Source: an uncultured Gemmatimonadales bacterium
Lineage (GTDB): Bacteria > Gemmatimonadota > Gemmatimonadetes > Gemmatimonadales > GWC2-71-9
Reading direction: 5' to 3'
Length of the DNA: 64,000 nucleotides
Assembly: GCA_963730185.1 (NCBI GenBank)
Contig: CAVSQW010000007.1
Location: 320,001 to 384,000, forward strand
Of this stretch, positions 45,528-52,775 are shown one piece after another. Under the pieces are notes generated by a model. It saw only the letters and a list, made by a program, of their open reading frames with translations. It had not been told where the DNA came from and searched no databases. Each line of letters opens with the position of its first letter. Position 1 is the first letter of the stretch. A program made the translations under genes and the position numbers.

Positions 45528-45628
45528 AGCTCACTTACCGGGGGTTCGAGTAGCAATCTAGCGCCGGGCGGCGGCCCCGGTCCACCGTCTCCTCCAGTCT
45601 CGGACGGCTGGCGCCGATACTGATGCCC

Positions 45629-46219
45629 ATGCCCGAGGTCCGCACCTCCCTGCAATGGACGGTCATCGCCAGCCCTTTTCCCGGTCAGCGGGCGCCGTCC
45701 AGCCGCTGGGCCGTGTTCCAGGAGGGCGGCCGGATCGTGGCAGCCCTGCTGGATCCGTGCCGTCAGAGCCGAGAGGCGCTCGTCGTGGGACGCTCGGCCG
45801 GGCTGCTCTCTGCCCCGGGCATGGATCCCGTGGAGCGGTTCCACCGGCTACACCGGGCGCTGTCGGGAACCCAAGGTGCCTCGCTCGCGATCGTGGAGCT
45901 CGACGCCGACCGGTCTCGATTGGCGTTCTACGGGCTGGGGGCCATCCGGGCCCGGATCGACGCCGGTGGTGACTCGATCTGGCTGGAGAGCGCGCCGGGA
46001 CTCCTGGGGGTGGGCCGACCGGTCATCCCGGGCCGGGTCGATGCCTCCTGGCCGCCGGACGCCGCTCTGCTTCTGGTGAGCGACGGCGTGGTCGAGCGCT
46101 GGCCCCTCGACACCATTCCGCCCGCCGCGGCGATGCCGCCCGAGGCCTTCGCGGCCGAAGTGACCGCGTTGCTCGGACGCCTGCCGGATGACGGGGTGAT
46201 GCTGGTCCTCCGCGCCTAG
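45629..46219 (+). CDS. SpoIIE/RsbX-like (PP2C-fold) protein, degenerate N-terminal motifs
   Basis: LHRALSGTQGA, PGLLG, LLLVSDGV, DDGVMLV; lacks the DG.GHG motif. Start 45623 or 45629. Confidence 0.6.
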   Translation: MPEVRTSLQWTVIASPFPGQRAPSSRWAVFQEGGRIVAALLDPCRQSREALVVGRSAGLLSAPGMDPVERFHRLHRALSGTQGASLAIVELDADRSRLAFYGLGAIRARIDAGGDSIWLESAPGLLGVGRPVIPGRVDASWPPDAALLLVSDGVVERWPLDTIPPAAAMPPEAFAAEVTALLGRLPDDGVMLVLRA

Positions 46220-46251
46220 GAGCGCCTTCGGGGGCCGGGTACCATTCCGGT

Positions 46252-48342
46252 ATGCCCGAGCACGCGACCCTCTTCCTCCGCGATCTCGCCGTCGTGCTGA
46301 CGACCGCCGCCCTCGCGACGGTGGTGTTCCAGCGGCTCAAGCTTCCGGTGATCGCGGGCTATCTGGTGGCCGGCGTGCTGGTGGGCTCGAAGCTCGGCCC
46401 CCTCCTCATCAGCGATCCTGCCGAGATCCGAACCCTGGCCGAAGTCGGCGTGGTGCTGCTCATGGTGTCCGTGGGGCTCGAGCTCCGGGTCCGGCGGTTG
46501 GTGCGGCTCATCCCCCGGGTCGGCCTGGTGGCGCTGGTCGAGGTGGGGATCATGTTCTCGATCGGTCTGGCCACGGCGCGGGCGCTGGGTTGGGGCGCCC
46601 TGGACGGGCTCCTGGCCGCGGGGGTGGTCGCCATCTCGAGCACGATGGTGATCGCCAAGGTGTTCGAGGAGCGGCACGGGGATTGGCGGCTTCGCGACCT
46701 GGTGTTCGGCGTGCTGGTGATGGAAGACGTGGTGGCGATCGCGTTGATCGCCCTCTGCACCACGGTCGCCTTCGGGGCGCCCGTCACGGCCCGCTCCATC
46801 GCCGCCGTGCTCGGGCGGCTGGTCCTGCTGCTCGGCCTGATGGTCGGGATCGGCCTGGTGGTGGTGCCGCCCGTGGTCCGGGCCGTGGTACGGCGGCACC
46901 GGAGCGAGACGGTGCTGGTGACGACGGTAGGGCTCTCGTTCCTCGCGGCCGTGGTGACCCAGGCCGCCGGCTTCTCGGTGGCCCTCGGGGCCTTCGTGGC
47001 CGGTGTCCTGATGAGCGAGTCGGGCGTCGGGCACCAGGTCGGCGAGGTGATCCGGCCGGTGCGCGACCTGTTCGCCGCGGTCTTCTTCGTGGCGGTCGGG
47101 ATGCTGCTCGACGTGTCGGAGGCCGCCCGGGTGTGGCCGCTGGTCTTGCTCTTCACGACGGTGGTGATCGTCGGCAAGATCGTGGGCGTGAGCCTGGGAG
47201 CCTTTCTGAGCGGATTCGGGACCGCCACATCGGTGCGGGCCGGGATGAGCATGGCCCAGATCGGCGAGTTCTCGTTCATCATCGCCGGACTCGGCGCCAC
47301 CAGCGCCAACTCCTCGGCCCCGCTCTACCAGATCGCCGTGGCCACCGCCCTGCTGACCGCCCTGGCGGCGCCCCTTCTTTCGGGTCGGAGCGAGGCCGTG
47401 GCGCTCTGGGTGGACCGCCGCCTGCCCAAGCCGCTCCAGACGTTCACCTCGCTCTACGGCTCCTGGGTCGAGGCCCTGCGAGCCCGGCGCGATGCCGGGC
47501 GTCCGGGACCCCGGATCCGGCGCCGGGTGCTCTTTCTCTTGGCCGACGCGGCCGCGATCGCCGCCCTCCTGGTGGCCGCCAGCGAGTCCTGGCGCCGGGC
47601 GCCGGAGTGGCTCGAAGCCGTCGGCCTCCGGGTGCCCTTCGAGCGGTTCCTCGTCTCCGGCACCTTGCTGCTCCTGGCCCTCCCGTTCGGGTTCGGCCTC
47701 ACCCTCACGGTCCGCCGGCTGGCCCGGCTGCTCGCCGACTACGTGGTGCCGCCGGTCGTGCCCGGCAAGGTCGACCAGGGCCGGGTGCCCAGGCAGATGC
47801 TGGTGGTTACCCTGGAGATCGGCATCGTGCTGGCGCTGGCGCTCCCGGTAGTCGCCGCGACGCTGCCCTTCCTCCCGCCGTTCGGCGCCCCGGGCGTGGT
47901 GGCCGTGCTGCTCCTCCTCCTCGGCGCATCGTTCTGGCGCACGGCCCGCGAGCTCGATAGCCACGCGCGGGCGGGTGCGGAGCTGGTGGTGCACGCGCTG
48001 GCCCGTCAGGGCGAGGAGGCCGATGAAGAGGCGTTCGAGCAGGTGCGGAAGATGTTGCCCGGACTCGGCAACCTGACGCCACTCCGGGTGGACCCGGCGA
48101 GCGGGGCGGTCGGCCGGACGCTCGGCGAGCTCAACATCCGGGGCCTGACCGGTGCCACCGTCGTGGCCCTCTGCCGGGGTGACGAGCGCCGGGTGTTCCC
48201 ATCGGCCGGCGAACGGCTCGCGGCCGGCGACCTGATCGCCGTAACCGGAAGTCGGGAGGCGATCGGTCAGGCCGAAGACCTCGTTCGGGTCCGGGGTCCC
48301 GGCCCGCGACCCCCCGGCGACGTTCGCGCTCCATCCGACTGA
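46252..48342 (+). CDS. CPA2 cation:proton antiporter with TrkA-C domain
   Basis: P.I.GYLVAG, GV.LLM..VGLE, ISST, GVLVMED, ALGAFVAG, RDLF.A.FF, QIGEFSF; C-terminal VGRTL.ELN.R..TGATV. Confidence 0.92.
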   Translation: MPEHATLFLRDLAVVLTTAALATVVFQRLKLPVIAGYLVAGVLVGSKLGPLLISDPAEIRTLAEVGVVLLMVSVGLELRVRRLVRLIPRVGLVALVEVGIMFSIGLATARALGWGALDGLLAAGVVAISSTMVIAKVFEERHGDWRLRDLVFGVLVMEDVVAIALIALCTTVAFGAPVTARSIAAVLGRLVLLLGLMVGIGLVVVPPVVRAVVRRHRSETVLVTTVGLSFLAAVVTQAAGFSVALGAFVAGVLMSESGVGHQVGEVIRPVRDLFAAVFFVAVGMLLDVSEAARVWPLVLLFTTVVIVGKIVGVSLGAFLSGFGTATSVRAGMSMAQIGEFSFIIAGLGATSANSSAPLYQIAVATALLTALAAPLLSGRSEAVALWVDRRLPKPLQTFTSLYGSWVEALRARRDAGRPGPRIRRRVLFLLADAAAIAALLVAASESWRRAPEWLEAVGLRVPFERFLVSGTLLLLALPFGFGLTLTVRRLARLLADYVVPPVVPGKVDQGRVPRQMLVVTLEIGIVLALALPVVAATLPFLPPFGAPGVVAVLLLLLGASFWRTARELDSHARAGAELVVHALARQGEEADEEAFEQVRKMLPGLGNLTPLRVDPASGAVGRTLGELNIRGLTGATVVALCRGDERRVFPSAGERLAAGDLIAVTGSREAIGQAEDLVRVRGPGPRPPGDVRAPSD

Positions 48343-48388
48343 ACCTCCTTCGGTCGACGCGGGCGACGGCCAGTCTCCTCGGCACCCT

Positions 48389-48440
48389 CAAAGCCATCCA
48401 GCGAACATCTCGGGCAAAGCCATCCAGCGAACGTCTCGGG
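48389..48440. repeat. 26-bp tandem direct repeat (2 copies)
   Basis: CAAAGCCATCCAGCGAAC(A/G)TCTCGGG at 48389-48414 and 48415-48440. Confidence 0.85.
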
Positions 48441-48532
48441 TGACCGAAAGTGCGTCACAGTACGCCTTCGGATCTATAGTTGTCGTCCTTCCGGCCGACA
48501 CTTAGAACCATCCCAAAGGACCTGGACTTTCC

Positions 48533-48970
48533 ATGGCCGAGGTGGACGCGAATGGGGCCGGGGGCGAGAGTCGGCGGGCACCTCGCATCGCGGTAGTGGA
48601 TGACGATCCGGCCGTGAGGCGGCTCCTCACCTTCCTCTGCGAGCGACGTCTGGGGGCGGAGGTGTCGACGGCCGCCGACGCCGACGAGGCGATCGCCCTG
48701 CTCGGTCAGGGCAAGCCGGACTTGGTGCTGCTTGACTATTCCATGCCCGGCATGGACGGGCTGGGCCTGCTCCGCCGGCTCCGCGAAGACGAGGCGTTGC
48801 GCGATCTCGCAGTGGTGGCCGTCTCCGGCTCGGGCAGCCGCGACACCGTGGTCGACATGGTGGACTTGGGGGTGCTCGACTACATCCTCAAGCCGGTGAG
48901 TCCCGATACCGCCCAGCGCCGTCTGACTCGGGTGCTCCGGGAGCTGGGATTCGAGTTGCCGCCCGGGTGA
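48533..48970 (+). CDS. Single-domain response regulator
   Basis: IAVVDDD, LLDYSMPGMDG, VSG, YILKP. Confidence 0.88.
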   Translation: MAEVDANGAGGESRRAPRIAVVDDDPAVRRLLTFLCERRLGAEVSTAADADEAIALLGQGKPDLVLLDYSMPGMDGLGLLRRLREDEALRDLAVVAVSGSGSRDTVVDMVDLGVLDYILKPVSPDTAQRRLTRVLRELGFELPPG

Positions 48971-49021
48971 CCTGAGCCGGTCCTCGGTGACGGGGCTGGT
49001 CTCCATCGACATATTCCGGAC

Positions 49022-49951
49022 GTGTCCTCTCCCTCGACTCCGGGCGGGTCCGCCTTCCTCGACTCCGTCCGCCCGGGCCTGGCCTTGACCTTGGCCGGCG
49101 GGGGGAACCGCGCCTTCTATCAACTCGGCCTGTTGGGGCGATGGTGGAGCCGGCTCGAAGACCGGCTGGGGACGGTCGCCACCTGTAGCGCCGGCGCCTG
49201 TACGGCCGTGATCCTCCTCTCCGGCCGGCGCGACGAAACCTTCGACTACTGGCTGGCGAGACGGGCGCACGTGACCCGGAACTTCCAGTGGTCCCGCCTC
49301 CTGGCCGGCCGGCGTCCGACGCCGCACTTCCCGATCTATCGCGACACGATGCGGTTCGCGCTCGCCGACGGCGGGCTGGAGCGGCTCAAGGCGCGGCCCT
49401 TTCCGATCCTGGTGCTGGCGTCGGCGCCGCCTCACGGGCTGCCGGTGCCGCTCGCCGTGCCGATCGGGCTCGGGGCGTATTCGCTGGAGCGCTGGTGGCG
49501 GCCGGGTCGTCTCCATCCCGGGATCGGTCGGCGGCTCGGCTTCGAGCCGTTGGTGGCGGATCTCCGCGATGCCGCGAGCGTCGAGGAGGCGGCCGACCTG
49601 GTGCTGGCGTCCTCGGCGACGCCGCCCTTCACGCCCGTGGGACGGGTGGCTGGTCGGCCGGTGCTCGACGGCGGGATGGTGGACAACGCCCCGGCGTTCG
49701 TCGCCGAGCGGGGGGGCCCCTGGGACCGTCACCTGGTGCTGCTGACCCGTCCCTATCCGGCCGCATCGGTCGGCCATCGCGGCCGGCGGTGGTACGTTTG
49801 TCCGTCCGAGCCGGTGCCGGCCGATCGGTGGGACTACACCCGGCCCGCCCGGATCACGGCCACCATTGCCTTGGGCGAGCGGGATGCCGCCCGGCGCGAG
49901 GCGGAGCTCGAGCGATGGCTCTCTGTCCCAGCGGAGGACCGGAACCCGTGA
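49022..49951 (+). CDS. Patatin-like phospholipase
   Basis: LAGGGNRA oxyanion motif, TCSAG nucleophile elbow, ASSA.PP, LDGG. Confidence 0.85.
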   Translation: MSSPSTPGGSAFLDSVRPGLALTLAGGGNRAFYQLGLLGRWWSRLEDRLGTVATCSAGACTAVILLSGRRDETFDYWLARRAHVTRNFQWSRLLAGRRPTPHFPIYRDTMRFALADGGLERLKARPFPILVLASAPPHGLPVPLAVPIGLGAYSLERWWRPGRLHPGIGRRLGFEPLVADLRDAASVEEAADLVLASSATPPFTPVGRVAGRPVLDGGMVDNAPAFVAERGGPWDRHLVLLTRPYPAASVGHRGRRWYVCPSEPVPADRWDYTRPARITATIALGERDAARREAELERWLSVPAEDRNP

Positions 49952-51369
49952 CGTCACCCCCTTCACCTGATCGCATGCAGACCGACGAATTTCGGCGACA
50001 CGCCCACGCCCTGGCCGACTGGATGGCCGACTATCTCGACCAGGTCGGCCGGGAGCGGATCGTACCGGACGTTCGCCCCGGCGACGTCCGCCGGTCGCTG
50101 CCGCCGGAGCCGCCGGCCGACCCGGAGCCGTTCGAGGCCATTCGCACCGATTTCGAACAGATCGTCTATCCCGGCATCACCCATTGGGCCCATCCGGGGT
50201 TCTTCGGATACTTCCCAGCCAACCACAGCCCGCCGTCGATCCTGGCCGAGATGCTGACGGCGACGCTGGGCGCCCAGTGCATGTCGTGGCAGACCTCGCC
50301 GGCCGCGACCGAGCTGGAGCAGGTGGTGATGGACTGGCTGAGGCAGATGCTGGGGCTGCCGGCGGGCTTCACGGGGGTGATCCAGGACACGGCCTCGACC
50401 GCGACCCTGGTCGCGTTGATCACGGCCCGCGACCGGGTCCGGGACGACCTGGACCGCTCGACGGTGTACCTCTCGGGTGAGGCCCACTCGTCGGTGGCCA
50501 AGGACGCGAGGTTGGCGGGGTTCCGACCGGAGCGCCTCCGGCAGGTGCCGGTCGACTCGGCCTACGCGATGCGGCCCGACGCGCTCGAGGCGATGATCGT
50601 GGCGGATCGGGCGGCGGGCCTGGTGCCGGCCGCCGTGGTGGCGACGGTGGGAACGACCTCATCGACCGGCATTGATCCGCTCGCGGCGATCGGCGCCATC
50701 ACCAGTCGCGAAGGAGTTTGGCTCCACGTGGACGCCGCGTTCGCGGGGTCGGCGGCGATCGTGCCCGAGCTCCGCTGGCTGCTCGACGGGGTCGAGTACG
50801 CCGACAGCCTGGTCATGAACCCGCACAAGTGGTTGCTGGTCAACTTCGATTGCTCGGCCTATTTCGTCCGCGATCCGGACGCGCTCCTCCACTCGTTCGG
50901 CACCTCGCCCGAGTATCTCAAGACCCGGTACGACGCCGAGGTGGTCAACTATCGGGATTGGGGCGTCCCGCTGGGCCGGCGGTTCCGGGCGCTCAAGCTC
51001 TGGTTCGTGATCCGGAGCTATGGGGTCGAAGGACTCCGGGCCATGATCCGGTCCCACGTGGCGCTGGCGACCGAGTTCGCCGGGTGGGTGGAGGCCCATC
51101 CGGAGCTGGAGCTGATGGCGCCCGCCCCGGTGGGACTAGTCTGCTTCCGGAATCGGGCTCGCCCAGACGAGGCGCCGGAGGCGACCGACGCCCGGAACCG
51201 GCTCCTGCTGGAGCGGATCAACGAACCCGGCGACGTCTTCCTGACCCACACCGTCCTCGCCGGCCGCTTCACGCTCCGGCTCGCCCTCGGCCATCTCTCG
51301 ACGACCGAGGCCGTGATCGGCCTGGTGCGGCGGCGGATCGACGAAGCGCTCAGCCGACTGCCGGGCTGA
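49948..51369 (+). CDS. Aromatic L-amino acid decarboxylase (PLP group II)
   Basis: THWAHP.FF.YFP, SPAATELE, HVDAAFAG, NPHKW, LGRRFRALKLWF. Start GTG49948 or ATG49975. Confidence 0.92.
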   Translation: MTSPPSPDRMQTDEFRRHAHALADWMADYLDQVGRERIVPDVRPGDVRRSLPPEPPADPEPFEAIRTDFEQIVYPGITHWAHPGFFGYFPANHSPPSILAEMLTATLGAQCMSWQTSPAATELEQVVMDWLRQMLGLPAGFTGVIQDTASTATLVALITARDRVRDDLDRSTVYLSGEAHSSVAKDARLAGFRPERLRQVPVDSAYAMRPDALEAMIVADRAAGLVPAAVVATVGTTSSTGIDPLAAIGAITSREGVWLHVDAAFAGSAAIVPELRWLLDGVEYADSLVMNPHKWLLVNFDCSAYFVRDPDALLHSFGTSPEYLKTRYDAEVVNYRDWGVPLGRRFRALKLWFVIRSYGVEGLRAMIRSHVALATEFAGWVEAHPELELMAPAPVGLVCFRNRARPDEAPEATDARNRLLLERINEPGDVFLTHTVLAGRFTLRLALGHLSTTEAVIGLVRRRIDEALSRLPG

Positions 51370-51751
51370 CCCCGCCGCCGTCGGCGCTCCCGAGCCAGTC
51401 TCTGGCCTCCCGCTCGGTCCGGAAGACGCCCGCCTCCAGCCCATCCTGCTCGGCGTAGGCCGAGTAGGCCCGGGCCAGTCCGTAGGTCAAATCCTCCGAC
51501 GCGACCACTGCGACCCGCCCGAGCCCGCTCCGGGTCAGCCCGGCGAAGCGGCGGGCCATCCGCTTGAGCTCGGGAAAGGCGACCTCGGGCGTGGCTTGGG
51601 TGGCGTCGATCAGAAGATCGTATCGAGAGGGCCGGTCGAGACGGGCCAGGAGCTCGCGCTCGAGGCCCGTGACGTCATCGTCGGTGATCGGCCCGGCGGC
51701 AAAGACGAGCACTAGGTGGCTCGCGTCGGGAAACGTCAATGTCAGTGTCAT
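51350..51751 (-). CDS. STAS/SEC14 (SpoIIAA-like) protein
   Basis: G.IT.DD, LLIDA, RVAVVA....YGLARAY, VFRT..EA..WL. Confidence 0.75.
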   Translation of the reverse strand: MTLTLTFPDASHLVLVFAAGPITDDDVTGLERELLARLDRPSRYDLLIDATQATPEVAFPELKRMARRFAGLTRSGLGRVAVVASEDLTYGLARAYSAYAEQDGLEAGVFRTEREARDWLGSADGGGVSPAVG

Positions 51752-51787
51752 CGCGGGGCCAAAAGTAGACGGCTCCGACGGCGACTA

Positions 51788-51864
51788 CAAGGCATTGATA
51801 TGGCAAGTTTTAAGGACGAAAATGAGTCGCGGTTCACGAGCTCAGGTGTTCAGAAAATGGACAC
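51788..51864. promoter_or_regulatory. IHF consensus site plus a TGTYC-N7-GGACA palindrome
   Basis: Minus strand TATCAATGCCTTG (51788-51800) matches WATCAANNNNTTR; GTGTTC-AGAAAAT-GGACAC at 51846-51864. Confidence 0.5.
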
Positions 51865-51887
51865 TAGATGCGTTTCGGGCCCATGCC

Positions 51888-52775
51888 TCACGACTCGGCG
51901 GCTTCGGTGATCGGTCCCGGGCCTGGAACGGGCGGAGTGCTCGGCGACGGGCGGACCGACAGCATCCCGGCGAGGATCATTCCGGCACCGAGCCACTGAG
52001 TGCCGACCAGGCGCTCGCCGAGGGCGGCGAAGCTCGCCACGGCGGCGAACACCGGCTCGAGGGCGAAGATCAGGGCCGCCTCCGTGGCCCGCACTTTTCG
52101 TTGGCCCACCAGTTGGCCACCGAAGCCGGCGATCGACGACAGGGCCAGGAAGATGATCAGGAACACGGTCCAGGGTCCGAGCTCGATCCGGGGCCGTTCC
52201 AGCAACGCGGCGAGACCGAGGCCGATGAAGGCCATGACCGGCAGCTGGGCGGCGAGCAGGTGCATCGGCTCGTGCCGGGGACCGAAGTGACCGGCCGCGA
52301 CCACGTAGATCGCGCCGCAGAGGGCGGCGCCCAGGATTAGCCAGTCGCCGGTGACCAGGCCGCCGCTGGCCGAATCGGGGCGGGTGAGCCACCAGGTACC
52401 CGCCACGGCGAGGCTCACGGCAACGAGGTCGCGGGGCCGTGGCCGCCGCCGCTCCACGAACGGGACCAGAAGCGGGACCAACGGGGTTGCGATGCTGAAG
52501 AGGAAGGCGGCCCGGTTGGAGGGGATCCGGTCGAGTCCCGTGATGAAGAGGGCGAGCTGCACGCCGAACAGGACACCGAGCCGGAGCCCGATCCGCCAGT
52601 CTTCGCGGGTCATGGCGGGATAGATTCGCGCCATCAGGGTGGACGCGAGCGTGAACCGGATCCCGATCAGGAGGAGAGGGGAGACCACGGCGAGCGCCAT
52701 CTTGTTGACCGTGAACGACCCACCCCAGATCAGGGTGCAGCCGGTCAGGATCAGAACCGCCCGCCGGTGGGTCAT
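51888..52775 (-). CDS. EamA/DMT-family transporter
   Basis: IWGGSF..K, RF.LA, GD.L.L..A, A.LIFALEPVFA; about 10 TM segments. Confidence 0.9.
   Translation of the reverse strand: MTHRRAVLILTGCTLIWGGSFTVNKMALAVVSPLLLIGIRFTLASTLMARIYPAMTREDWRIGLRLGVLFGVQLALFITGLDRIPSNRAAFLFSIATPLVPLLVPFVERRRPRPRDLVAVSLAVAGTWWLTRPDSASGGLVTGDWLILGAALCGAIYVVAAGHFGPRHEPMHLLAAQLPVMAFIGLGLAALLERPRIELGPWTVFLIIFLALSSIAGFGGQLVGQRKVRATEAALIFALEPVFAAVASFAALGERLVGTQWLGAGMILAGMLSVRPSPSTPPVPGPGPITEAAES

Noticed and set aside
48389..48440. CRISPR array
   Set aside because: Only two abutting copies with no spacer, and no cas genes.
48411..48460. c-di-GMP-I riboswitch (GGGCAAAGCC...GGGTGAC.GAAAG)
   Set aside because: Lacks the GNRA-capped P2 and the conserved GACGCAAAG/P3 elements; the match arises from the tandem repeat. 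An Rfam cmsearch would settle it.
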